64,000 nucleotides of DNA from a virus. The notes beneath the pieces were generated by a model that saw only the letters and a list, made by a program, of their open reading frames with translations, had not been told where the DNA came from and made no database searches. The stretch's first letter is position 1. Every line of letters begins with the position of its first letter. Of the stretch, positions 1 to 8,764 are shown piece after piece. A program made the position numbers and the translations under genes. The stretch lies in the IMG/VR virus record IMGVR_UViG_3300020193_000015; one strand, written 5' to 3'.

Positions 1-13
1 TCCAAGGGATTAT

Positions 14-388
14 GTGGGCGGGTTATATTGGGAAGTAGAAGGGGACGAATTCCATCTTTATTTGGAAGCTGATCCGTTTAGTTTGCTTGAATTTAGGAGC
101 GGCGACAGATATAATAAGGATTGTCTGTCCAAAGATGATTCGGATTCTGTTTTTGATTGGTTAAAAGAGCAAGCTGATGGTTTAATACGTTTGGCTGGTG
201 TATCTGTGGAATCAAAGGGTACTAAATGCCCTTTTTGTGATTATGTTTCGCCGCCTACTGAACTTTTGAATGATTTAATGGATCATATGGAAGGGCATGA
301 TGGTGTAAAGGTTACAGGTATATTTATGGGTAAGTCAATTGTCATTGAAACCAACCGTGGCGACTTGACATTAGAGGAAAGTTGGTAA
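14..388 (+). CDS. hypothetical protein (CPFC motif); probably 5'-truncated by the window edge
   Basis: ORF track; the frame is open back to position 2; same-strand dense packing. Confidence 0.4.
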   Translation: MGGLYWEVEGDEFHLYLEADPFSLLEFRSGDRYNKDCLSKDDSDSVFDWLKEQADGLIRLAGVSVESKGTKCPFCDYVSPPTELLNDLMDHMEGHDGVKVTGIFMGKSIVIETNRGDLTLEESW

Positions 389-404
389 AATAAGAGGGTT
401 TGAA

Positions 405-740
405 ATGGCAGCACCTAAGGGTAATGTTTATGCACAAAAGGAACAATATGCGTATCCATCTTATCATGGTTCGCATAAGAGCATGGTCATGGAAGAGGAA
501 ACAAAGCAGTTGAAGGATAAAACTTTAACTGTATTGAAGGATGAATTTGGTCTTTATGTCACAAAGGCCAAATATCTTGACAATGGTTTGGCTGATCCTT
601 ATCGTAATGCTTGGCGTGGATATAGAAAGGAGCTTTACAGCAAGCTTATTGCACCTGTCAAGCCTGATGAAAAAGAAAAGTCTTTGGTAGAGATTGAAGA
701 AGAGTTGCAAGCTAACCTGGAACAAATCCTTAAAGATTAG
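405..740 (+). CDS. hypothetical protein
   Basis: ORF track; start 17 nt after the previous stop. Confidence 0.4.
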   Translation: MAAPKGNVYAQKEQYAYPSYHGSHKSMVMEEETKQLKDKTLTVLKDEFGLYVTKAKYLDNGLADPYRNAWRGYRKELYSKLIAPVKPDEKEKSLVEIEEELQANLEQILKD

Positions 741-748
741 AGGCTAAA

Positions 749-1144
749 ATGAATGATATTGTAAGCAAAATTGAGAAATCGCTTAAAGAATGTTGGGCGA
801 CACCTGGAAGCGTATCTTTTAACAGTCGGTGTAGAGATGATATTTTTAATATTAGCATTTCACCGGCAGTTAGGGAAACAGTAGGTGGGGCTGAGGATGG
901 TTCTCAGTCATATCCTCCCTTTGCTATGGAATTGAATAAGTTTATTGTCCAGGTATTTGATAAATGTCCCAAAATTACTTTAACTGGTCAAAATGGGGAT
1001 GACGTTCCTTATCTTCATTTTAGGGGTAAAATTGGTGGGCAACTGTGTAATGTTATTGTGTTAACTAGGCCGCATAATACACAGCAAGTTGCAGAAATTT
1101 TCTATGCATATGGGCCTAAAGCTGGGACAGTTGAGAACAAGTGA
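749..1144 (+). CDS. hypothetical protein
   Basis: ORF track; tight spacing. Confidence 0.4.
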   Translation: MNDIVSKIEKSLKECWATPGSVSFNSRCRDDIFNISISPAVRETVGGAEDGSQSYPPFAMELNKFIVQVFDKCPKITLTGQNGDDVPYLHFRGKIGGQLCNVIVLTRPHNTQQVAEIFYAYGPKAGTVENK

Positions 1145-1152
1145 AGGAATAT

Positions 1153-1209
1153 CCCCCAATCATATGTGAAAAAGGCAAAAATCTAACTGTTTTCACATAT
1201 GATTGGGGA
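1153..1209. promoter_or_regulatory. perfect 19-bp stem hairpin (CCCCAATCATATGTGAAAA / TTTTCACATATGATTGGGG, 17-nt loop) overlapping the RBS of the next gene
   Basis: inverted repeat read directly; the right arm contains the GGGGAGAAGG Shine-Dalgarno-like sequence ahead of the ATG at 1218. Confidence 0.6.
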
Positions 1210-1217
1210 GAAGGTTT

Positions 1218-1847
1218 ATGAAGGAATATCCAAAAATCTTGGGGGTGAGTGAAGCTAATGACAAGCCATGTGTTGCTTTCTACAAATATGACGGGTCTAA
1301 TCTAAGATTTGAATGGCGATTTAAGCGTGGGTGGTATAAATTTGGGACACGGCATAGATTATTTAATGAAACAGACCCAGAATATGGTGAATCTGTATCT
1401 ATATTTATGGCAAAATATGCTGATGGTATAGAAAAAATTTTAAAGGATAAATTCAAAAAAATAGAATCTGCAATCGCATATTGTGAATTTTTCGGGCCGT
1501 ATAGTTTTGCAGGAATCCATGAAGAAGCTTTTCTAGGCGTTAATTCTAACGCTCCTAAAGATTTAATCCTTTTTGACGTAAATGTACATAAAAAAGGATT
1601 TATTCCACCGTGGCAGTTTCTTGATTTTTTTAATCATTTGCATATAGCCAAAGTTGTTTATGAAGGACATTTTACCGAAGATTTTGTACAAGATATAAGA
1701 AATAGTGTCTATAATGTAGAGGAAGGTGTTATAGTAAAAGGAGGCCAATCTGTACATGAAATTTGGATGAGAAAAATTAAAACTTACGCATATCTTAAAA
1801 AACTTAAAGAAAAATTTAAAATTAATTGGAAAAATTATTGGGAATAA
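1218..1847 (+). CDS. RNA ligase-like nucleotidyltransferase (Rnl2/PF09414-like)
   Basis: motif I KYDGSN (KxDGxN), motif IV EEGVIVKG (EGxVxK), motif V KIKT (KxK); the ORF track starts at TTG 1203, but ATG 1218 is more likely. Confidence 0.5.
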   Translation: MKEYPKILGVSEANDKPCVAFYKYDGSNLRFEWRFKRGWYKFGTRHRLFNETDPEYGESVSIFMAKYADGIEKILKDKFKKIESAIAYCEFFGPYSFAGIHEEAFLGVNSNAPKDLILFDVNVHKKGFIPPWQFLDFFNHLHIAKVVYEGHFTEDFVQDIRNSVYNVEEGVIVKGGQSVHEIWMRKIKTYAYLKKLKEKFKINWKNYWE

Positions 1848-1913
1848 TGTATAATGTTAAATTGTGCCAAAATATAATATAGATGAATTGAGAAAATTGT
1901 ATGAGAGCGTGCA

Positions 1914-1959
1914 CTATAATAATTTATTATGCCTGTCCAGAGGCTATAGTATCTGGAAG
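1914..1959 (+). repeat. 46-bp conserved element CTATAATAATTTATTATGCCTGTCCAGAGGCTATAGTATCTGGAAG, copy 1 of 2
   Basis: identical to 8609..8654; contains a TATAAT box and a CCAGA..TCTGG hairpin. Confidence 0.6.
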
Positions 1960-2026
1960 GTGTAACGAATTACAAGAAAGATTTGGTTTAGAGTGGAAAA
2001 AATATGTGTGATTAATCTATTAAGAC

Positions 2027-3079
2027 ATGAGTTATGAATACGATTTAGAGATAATTATTCCGGTAGCTAATAAACAGCCATATCTTCAAAGAATTATTGA
2101 TTTTAAAGAATTTAATTTGCTTAACATTAATAAGTATAAAATTATAATTAAACTTTTAGTCGGTCCAGAAGAGATGCCGGAAGATATTTTTGAAAAATGG
2201 CCCTGTGATGTAGAAAAAATTGCTTTTGCATCAAATATTCATGTATCTAAGATATACAATTATTACCTTTCATTAAAAGACGGAGATTTTAAAAAGACCA
2301 GATGGTTTGCTAAGTTTGATGATGATTCTATCAGTGATATAGATGGGATAATATCAAATCTAGATGCAGATTTTGATTGCGAAAGAGACTATTATTTAGC
2401 CACCAATATATTTTATGATGATCATGAAGTGGAAATTGAACTTTTGGAAGAATTGGGGTTTTCACGTTGGTTTAAACATCATAAAAAAGTTCATCATGAG
2501 TGTGAAGGATCAATTCTATCAAACACTGCATTAAGGCGTATATTAAATAATGAACAAGCTAGAAATTTTTTGGAAAGAAGAAAAGATATAGAAAAAGGGT
2601 TTTGCGATATCGCTTTGGGGTGTGCTGCTAGAATATGTAAAATACATCTAACAAAAGCAGAATTCATGACGCATATGCATTTTTTACATAAATTCACTTT
2701 GTTTGGTGGCCATCTTGCTCATATTCATTTTTTGTCTCATGATCGTCGTGGAGAATTATATAATATTTTTAAGAAAGCCATTAATAATAAAATATGTCCT
2801 GATATAATTGCCGAGGAAATATGTGATAAAAGCTATTTGTTTTCTAGGGATGATGGGACAATAATTTCTACAGTAAAATTATCAAGAAATGGCAAGGTGA
2901 CTGGTAAAAAATTAAATGATAATGAAACTTTTTGGGATGTGGAAGATAGTAAACTAAGATTTTTAAATATAGAAGGGAAACCCAGCACTGTTTTTGATAT
3001 GTATAATTTCAATAAAATGTCTGGACAATTCTTATTTGACAAAAAAATAACTCATATGTTGCAAAGAGTATATGAATAA
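2027..3079 (+). CDS. hypothetical protein
   Basis: ORF track, 350 aa. Confidence 0.45.
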   Translation: MSYEYDLEIIIPVANKQPYLQRIIDFKEFNLLNINKYKIIIKLLVGPEEMPEDIFEKWPCDVEKIAFASNIHVSKIYNYYLSLKDGDFKKTRWFAKFDDDSISDIDGIISNLDADFDCERDYYLATNIFYDDHEVEIELLEELGFSRWFKHHKKVHHECEGSILSNTALRRILNNEQARNFLERRKDIEKGFCDIALGCAARICKIHLTKAEFMTHMHFLHKFTLFGGHLAHIHFLSHDRRGELYNIFKKAINNKICPDIIAEEICDKSYLFSRDDGTIISTVKLSRNGKVTGKKLNDNETFWDVEDSKLRFLNIEGKPSTVFDMYNFNKMSGQFLFDKKITHMLQRVYE

Positions 3080-3845
3080 ACCATTGATGATGTTGTCCCT
3101 GCCGAATACTGGAACTGATTGGTTGGTTAAATGTTTATTAAAGACTAATAAGTATAATTATTCTAGGGAATTTTTCAACCCAATGGTGAACGAAAAGTAT
3201 TGTGATATTTTATCGAAATGTTTTGGGTGTGAATATGCTTCTCTTGCGCATTTGATTGCTAAAGAGCCTATTTTGTCTTTGGCAACAAGTGTTTTAAATG
3301 ATAGTTGGAATAAAGAAACATTTGATTTTACTAAAGAGACATTTTCTGCTTTTAAAATTGATTTCTTTTTTAAAAAATTTACTTGTTTTGTTTTATTCAG
3401 AAAAATAGAACAAAGTATGCCGTCGAATGTCTTTGAAAGGATATATCCATTAAGAAGCTGGTATGATGCTATGTTTTTCTCTTTAATAGCCAATAAAGCA
3501 TCTCTTGAGCCAGATATAAGAAAAATGGTTGAAGTTACTGAAAAATATGGTTTGATAGAGAGACAAATAGCTGCTTTTGTGATATATTACAGCAAGTTAC
3601 TTAAAGAAGCTAAAGATCGTCAACTTATTGTTTTGGAATATGATAAATTGCTTTCCTTTTCAGCGGTAAAATTAGTTGATTATTTGACGATTCCATTTAT
3701 TTGCAATCCTACATTAACTGCATCTGAAGTTTTGGAAACTAGAAAACCACGAATGGATAATTTTTGCTCATTAGGGAAAAAAGCGGTTAAATTTAAAGAA
3801 CTAATCACATCTTTTGCACCAGAAGAATACAAGGCTTTATGTTAA
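3072..3845 (+). CDS. hypothetical protein, possibly sulfotransferase-like
   Basis: N-terminal LPNTGTDWL resembles the PAPS-binding PKSGTTW motif; weak. Confidence 0.3.
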   Translation: MNKPLMMLSLPNTGTDWLVKCLLKTNKYNYSREFFNPMVNEKYCDILSKCFGCEYASLAHLIAKEPILSLATSVLNDSWNKETFDFTKETFSAFKIDFFFKKFTCFVLFRKIEQSMPSNVFERIYPLRSWYDAMFFSLIANKASLEPDIRKMVEVTEKYGLIERQIAAFVIYYSKLLKEAKDRQLIVLEYDKLLSFSAVKLVDYLTIPFICNPTLTASEVLETRKPRMDNFCSLGKKAVKFKELITSFAPEEYKALC

Positions 3846-4363
3846 AGGTTATGCCTAGATATCAAACTGACAGACCTGATATAAGCGGGTGGTTCCTTGA
3901 TTATGAAGGACGTTTTTATCATGATTTAGTCTCTAAAATTGAAAATGGTATTGTTGTCGAAATTGGTAATTGGCATGGGCTTTCATTATCATATGTTGTG
4001 GAAGTTTGTGCCCAGCAAAACAACAAAATTTATGCAGTAGACAAATTTCATTGCACTGAATTTCTTAAAAATTTTAAAAATTGGCCTCAAAATACAGTAG
4101 AATTAATTACAATGTCTTCGGCGGAAGCTTCACTTAAGTTTGATGACGCTTCTATAGACCTAGTTTTCATAGACGCAAATCACGAATATAATTCAGTGCA
4201 TGCTGATATAAATGCTTGGATGCCTAAAATAAAAAAAGAAGGAATTATTTCAGGCCATGATTATTGTTTAGCTTGGCCTGGCGTTATAAAGGTTGTTGAT
4301 TCTTTGCTTCCTAATAGAAAAATTCAAGATAGAATTTGGTATTGTAAGCTGGAGGGAATATGA
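3839..4363 (+). CDS. class I SAM-dependent O-methyltransferase (TylF/Methyltransf_24-like)
   Basis: VVEIGNWHG motif I; VFIDANHEY; GHDY. Confidence 0.6.
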   Translation: MLKVMPRYQTDRPDISGWFLDYEGRFYHDLVSKIENGIVVEIGNWHGLSLSYVVEVCAQQNNKIYAVDKFHCTEFLKNFKNWPQNTVELITMSSAEASLKFDDASIDLVFIDANHEYNSVHADINAWMPKIKKEGIISGHDYCLAWPGVIKVVDSLLPNRKIQDRIWYCKLEGI

Positions 4364-4364
4364 A

Positions 4365-5561
4365 ATGGGCATGTATACAGAATTGGTTTTTGCTTCTGAA
4401 CTTAAAAAAGACATCCCAGATGAAACTGTAAATCTTTTGGATTTAATGGTTCGTGGGGAAGGCAAATTATTTGAAGAAACATTTTCAACTACGCTTCCAG
4501 ATCATGAATTTGTTATCACTGGAAGCATCAAACAAAAGAGTGCTGAAGATGTTAAGGAATTGGTAGATTTGACAGAAAAGTTCCTGCAAGAACAATCCAT
4601 CTATAAAGGCAAAGCTGTTAAAGTTTCTTTTGAATGGCAAAGAATTAACAGACAGTTTGATCCTTCCCAAGACTGTCCGCAATTCATGAATTTGGAGAAC
4701 GTTAAGGAAGATGACCTTATTTTTGGTGAAGATGTACAAAATGCCGTAAACATTGGTCTTTTTGCTCCACTTGAGAATGCTGATGCTTGCCGTCGTTATA
4801 AAGTACCGCTTAAGCGTGGTATTTTGCTGCATGGTCCATACGGCACAGGTAAAACTCTTTGTGCCAATGTTACAGCTTTGAAAGCAAGAAAGCACGGTTT
4901 TACTTTCATTTATCTTGATAGTGTTGAAGACCTCAAGAAAGGTTTACAATTTGCGGCTCAACATGCTCCTGCTGTACTATTTGCAGAAGATATTGATCGT
5001 GTCACAAATGGGTCAAGAACTAAAGACCTTGACGCCATTCTTAACACTTTGGACGGCGTTGATACTAAGAATTGTGAAATCATTACAGTTTTTACCAGCA
5101 ACCACATTGAAGATATTAATCCGGCTGCTTTGAGAATGGGCAGATTGGATACTTTAGTGGAAGTTACTCCTCCTGATGCCGTTGCTGCTGTGCGTTTAGT
5201 TAAACTTTATGGGCGTGGCTTGCTTTCCCATAATATTAATTTTGATAAAGTGGGAGTAGCTTTGTCTGGTAATATTCCTGCATATATTAGGGAAACTGTA
5301 GAAAGGGCTAAGATTGCAGCTATTTCCAGGCTAAAAGGGCAAGACATTAATGGACATGTATTGGAGCAGGATTTGTTAAATGCTGCTTCTTCTATGAAGG
5401 TGCATGCTGAATTGCTTAAAGATAAGAAGAAGATTGTTAATCCCAACGCTGAGGTTTTGGTTAAGATTCCTTCTCAGCACCAATTGGCTCAGACATTGCT
5501 TGGTGAACTTCACAAGAATGGGCAAGAGGTATTAGCAGCCTCCTCTGATGATTATGATTAG
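4365..5561 (+). CDS. AAA+ ATPase
   Basis: Walker A GPYGTGKT; Walker B VLFAEDID; ATG at 4365 directly after the upstream TGA stop; ends in TAG. Confidence 0.7.
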   Translation: MGMYTELVFASELKKDIPDETVNLLDLMVRGEGKLFEETFSTTLPDHEFVITGSIKQKSAEDVKELVDLTEKFLQEQSIYKGKAVKVSFEWQRINRQFDPSQDCPQFMNLENVKEDDLIFGEDVQNAVNIGLFAPLENADACRRYKVPLKRGILLHGPYGTGKTLCANVTALKARKHGFTFIYLDSVEDLKKGLQFAAQHAPAVLFAEDIDRVTNGSRTKDLDAILNTLDGVDTKNCEIITVFTSNHIEDINPAALRMGRLDTLVEVTPPDAVAAVRLVKLYGRGLLSHNINFDKVGVALSGNIPAYIRETVERAKIAAISRLKGQDINGHVLEQDLLNAASSMKVHAELLKDKKKIVNPNAEVLVKIPSQHQLAQTLLGELHKNGQEVLAASSDDYD

Positions 5562-5596
5562 TGCCAATTCCTTCATCAGAAGATGAATTGAAGCAC
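5561..5596. repeat. 36-nt sequence GTGCCAATTCCTTCATCAGAAGATGAATTGAAGCAC, near-identical (1 mismatch) to 36274..36309
   Basis: direct comparison; the intergenic copy here encodes a VPIPSSEDELKH peptide remnant. Confidence 0.5.
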
Positions 5597-5698
5597 ATTA
5601 GTCTGTTCTGTCACCTTCCTTGGTGGGGCTGGATTATGGGAAACTGTAATCCAGCCTTTTTTCTTGACAGCTAAAGGAAAAAGTGTTATAGAATTATT

Positions 5699-5983
5699 AT
5701 GTGGACTTCTGAAAAAAATGGTTGGGTAATTGCTTTTAAAGAACCATATCCAGAGACTTGTAATTATGAAGAAATACAAGCAATTTTTAAGAAATTATTT
5801 TTAAAATTGCGACATATTTGCCCAAAAGGAGTAAAACTTAAGTCAGTGCAGTCATTAGTTGGCACTTTATTTGTCGCTGGTTCAAATGAAGCTTGCCTTG
5901 AACTACAAAAAAGGTTAAAATCCACTAATCTGGCTCATATGGAAGAAAACAGGAGTAAAGTGGAGATTAGTTATGGAAAATGA
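5699..5983 (+). CDS. hypothetical protein
   Basis: ORF track. Confidence 0.35.
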   Translation: MWTSEKNGWVIAFKEPYPETCNYEEIQAIFKKLFLKLRHICPKGVKLKSVQSLVGTLFVAGSNEACLELQKRLKSTNLAHMEENRSKVEISYGK

Positions 5984-6155
5984 AAAATGCAAATTCATTG
6001 TGCCAACTTTCTGTGAATGGCAAATGTGTACTGATCCTTCTGCTTGTCCTTTCATAGATAAGCATGGGAATTGTAATAGACCCAAAGACGTAAAACAATG
6101 TCCAATAGAGGATGAAAATGCCGTACATCAAGCAAAAAGATCGACCGAAGTTTGA
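5973..6155 (+). CDS. hypothetical Cys-rich small protein
   Basis: ORF track. Confidence 0.35.
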   Translation: MENEKCKFIVPTFCEWQMCTDPSACPFIDKHGNCNRPKDVKQCPIEDENAVHQAKRSTEV

Positions 6156-6369
6156 TAGTGCATTAAAAGATTTCCCCGTTCCTGATACAGAAGGCGAACT
6201 TAATTATATTTTAACTAAGTTATGCCATCAGTATATCCAAAAAAAGGGAAAAACATATTCTACTTATAATCAAGTCGTTGGCGTATTAGACTGCGCCAAA
6301 TTAGAGATTTATAGACGACACGTTGGAATTTATGAAGATCAGAAAATTATTGAAAATGGTGACGTGTGA
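6112..6369 (+). CDS. hypothetical protein
   Basis: ORF track. Confidence 0.35.
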   Translation: MKMPYIKQKDRPKFDSALKDFPVPDTEGELNYILTKLCHQYIQKKGKTYSTYNQVVGVLDCAKLEIYRRHVGIYEDQKIIENGDV

Positions 6370-6632
6370 ATGTAATTTATTCAAACGAACCTTTTAAAAA
6401 TCACTCTCCTTCTATCTTCCTTGCGGGGCCAACAGTTAGGCGGCAGGATTTAAAATCGTGGCGTCCTAAAGCTATTGAGTTCCTTATTAAAGAATTAGAA
6501 TTCAAGGGCGCTATTTATGTCCCTGAGTGGAATAAAAACTTACAGCCAGTTGATTATTTAACACAAGTTGAATGGGAACATTTAGGACTTGAAAACGCTA
6601 CTTATATTAGTCGTACATTTTCAGGAGTGTAG
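6366..6632 (+). CDS. hypothetical protein
   Basis: ORF track; 4-nt overlap with the upstream gene. Confidence 0.35.
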   Translation: MNVIYSNEPFKNHSPSIFLAGPTVRRQDLKSWRPKAIEFLIKELEFKGAIYVPEWNKNLQPVDYLTQVEWEHLGLENATYISRTFSGV

Positions 6633-6907
6633 CTTAACCTTGAATTGATTCTATCTATTGAGGGACTGTAAGGATTTGCTTTGCCATTGTTTGTTTCTGT
6701 TGGAATGATTAAAGGCAGGCCAGTTATAGCACAAAGCCCATTTTGTTTATCCCATAAATTGCAAAGAAAATTAGTTGAAATGTTAAATTCTATATTTTTT
6801 CTTTTTGCTCTCCTTTTTGCGATTCGATTTAGTTCCACTAAACGACCTTTTATGCTTAAATAATAGTTGTGCCTGTATTCTTGAGAATAGCTTTTATTGG
6901 CTTTCAT
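6602..6907 (-). CDS. HNH-family endonuclease (endo VII-like QNGLCAITG segment; C-terminal SIDRIN..GYT..NV)
   Basis: motifs; the same frame stays open upstream to about 7027, encoding a CSRCH..CIDC zinc-ribbon-like segment with no canonical start codon and a TAG just upstream. Confidence 0.45.
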   Translation of the reverse strand: MKANKSYSQEYRHNYYLSIKGRLVELNRIAKRRAKRKNIEFNISTNFLCNLWDKQNGLCAITGLPLIIPTETNNGKANPYSPSIDRINSRLSYTPENVRLI

Positions 6908-7053
6908 CCAATTTTGGTTAAGTATTTTAAGATGTTCTTTATGTTTTTGTCTATATTCTTTTAAATATTTGCTCCTACAATCAATACACCAAGATTTATT
7001 TGTTGTGTTTTTGTGGCATCTAGAACATAATTTTATAACCTATAAAGAGTAAC

Positions 7054-7671
7054 TTGATAGGATTTTTTATGGCTAGATTCGTTGTGGCTGATTGGCATTT
7101 AGGGGAAAATAGATTTGAATTAATGAATCGACCATTTAGTTCTCAACAACAAATGGTTGATTATTTGATTAAAAAACATAATCAAATAGTAGCCAAAGAC
7201 GATGAAGTATTTATGCTGGGGGATGTTTGCTATAAAGAAACCCCAGAATATTTAAAATATGTTGCTGACTTCAATGGAAAGAAAATTTTAGTCCGTGGTA
7301 ATCATGACCGTGGTATTACAGATGAGGAATTCAAAAACTACTTTGAAGATATTATCCCTGAAGGAAAAGGGATAGAAATCAAGATCGAAGACATACCCTG
7401 TTATTTCACTCATTATCCTACACAGGGCAGGCAAGGATGTTTTAATGTAGTTGGCCACATTCATGCTGCTTGGAAATATCAATTGAATATGTTGAACTGC
7501 GGTGTGGATGTGCATCATTTCTCGCCAGTTAATCTATCCACTATTCCAATTCACTTCAAAGCAATCCATGAGTATTATGATGAAGATATATGGGCAGCTT
7601 ATTCCCCTCTCAATTCCTGCTATGTTGGCATAAGGGGGAAGAAGGGTACTTACTTTAAGAACCCAAGTTGA
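7054..7671 (+). CDS. calcineurin-like metallophosphoesterase
   Basis: ADWHLG, LGDVCY and RGNHD motifs; alternative start at 7069. Confidence 0.65.
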   Translation: MIGFFMARFVVADWHLGENRFELMNRPFSSQQQMVDYLIKKHNQIVAKDDEVFMLGDVCYKETPEYLKYVADFNGKKILVRGNHDRGITDEEFKNYFEDIIPEGKGIEIKIEDIPCYFTHYPTQGRQGCFNVVGHIHAAWKYQLNMLNCGVDVHHFSPVNLSTIPIHFKAIHEYYDEDIWAAYSPLNSCYVGIRGKKGTYFKNPS

Positions 7672-7736
7672 TTTTTTGAAATTTTGAAATATAATACAGG
7701 AAGCACTCTTTCTAACAACTCAATGGAGTATCCTGT

Positions 7737-8156
7737 ATGCAAATGAAAGTCAAAAAGAAATTCGTCTTGACTGCGCATGTAAGGGAACGATATCTTGAAA
7801 GAATCAAAGAAATTCGCAAATATAAACCCCTCAGTGAATGCTTTGAAGAAGATTGCTATGAATGCAAAAAGCTAAAAAGAACGTTAGAATTAGAAGTTTA
7901 TAACAATAAAAGGCAGCTTGACGAAGAGATTAAGGAAAGACTGAATCGAGCAACTTCTGAAAAGAGTTATTTGAACAATTCCTCTTTTATGTACAGTATT
8001 TATAAAAAGTATGGATACGATAGAAGGTTTGAATTGCTTTTAGACAAAGATGTGGTGTTTATAGTAATTTTAGATGAAGCTAACGTAGTAGTTACTTGTA
8101 TGAATTCTAGCACTACTATATTAGCTAATTATGCTTGTAAAAATAGGGTGATTTAA
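7737..8156 (+). CDS. hypothetical protein
   Basis: ORF track. Confidence 0.4.
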   Translation: MQMKVKKKFVLTAHVRERYLERIKEIRKYKPLSECFEEDCYECKKLKRTLELEVYNNKRQLDEEIKERLNRATSEKSYLNNSSFMYSIYKKYGYDRRFELLLDKDVVFIVILDEANVVVTCMNSSTTILANYACKNRVI

Positions 8157-8401
8157 TGAAGTGCCAATGTCGATCTAAAGACTTTTTCCATGAATTGCAA
8201 TGTCAAGGTGTTCAAAAGCATTCTGGGAAACATTGGGCTTATTGTCCGGCTGGTAATTTAATTTTGTGGCTCAATAAAAGGGAAGTTAAAAAGATAACTC
8301 CAATTACAATTATGCTTGAAGACATACCACCTGGCAGTAAAAGTTATATTTCTCCAGATAAGATGTTTGAAAAGAGATGGACAGTAATAAGGAGAAAGTA
8401 A
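8156..8401 (+). CDS. hypothetical protein
   Basis: ORF track. Confidence 0.35.
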   Translation: MKCQCRSKDFFHELQCQGVQKHSGKHWAYCPAGNLILWLNKREVKKITPITIMLEDIPPGSKSYISPDKMFEKRWTVIRRK

Positions 8402-8614
8402 ATGGGCGTAAGCTATAGTTCCAACCTTTGTGTTGGTGTTAAGATGAGTAAGGTATTTGAGATAAAGAATAAAACTGTACTTAAAACTAAATACAATCCT
8501 GACACTGGTGTTCCATATGAAAGCAAACTTATAGAAAAGGAGCTTTTGTTTTTTGGAAAAGTAATAGAAGAACCTGTTAAGTATTATCCTGGCGAATGGG
8601 CACTGCAACTATAA
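8402..8614 (+). CDS. hypothetical protein
   Basis: ORF track; the stop lies inside the 46-bp element. Confidence 0.35.
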   Translation: MGVSYSSNLCVGVKMSKVFEIKNKTVLKTKYNPDTGVPYESKLIEKELLFFGKVIEEPVKYYPGEWALQL

Positions 8615-8654
8615 TAATTTATTATGCCTGTCCAGAGGCTATAGTATCTGGAAG
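8609..8654 (+). repeat. 46-bp conserved element, copy 2 of 2
   Basis: identical to 1914..1959. Confidence 0.6.
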
Positions 8655-8709
8655 AAGTATGGAATGAACCTAAATATAAGCAACAGAGATTAAATTAAGT
8701 GTAAACTTA

Positions 8710-8746
8710 GTGTCGTTTTATTCTTACGGGAATGGAAGGATGCACA
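8710..8746 (+). promoter_or_regulatory. conserved hairpin motif GTGYCGTTYTATTCTTACGGGAATRGAAGGATGCACA (copy A of 7)
   Basis: shared with 56207, 56569, 56970, 57801, 57882 and 59670; the stem has compensatory changes; ends in AAGGATGCAC. Confidence 0.55.
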
Positions 8747-8764
8747 GCAACAGAGAGCAAACTA

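Noticed and set aside
525-725. Minus-strand ORFs embedded in plus-strand genes (for example 525..725, 1563..1757, 20235..20528, 41357..41881, 41592..41837)
   Set aside because: They are fully overlapped by longer same-region plus-strand ORFs in a uniformly plus-oriented gene array and have no supporting motifs, so they are likely spurious
5559-5591. Read-through of the TAG stop of the AAA+ ATPase gene as evidence for TAG recoding
   Set aside because: The downstream in-frame extension is only 10 codons (CQFLHQKMN) before a TGA and is uninformative
8732-8764. ORF-track start 8732 for gene 8765..9850
   Set aside because: The ATG at 8732 lies inside the conserved hairpin motif; a start downstream of the motif is more plausible
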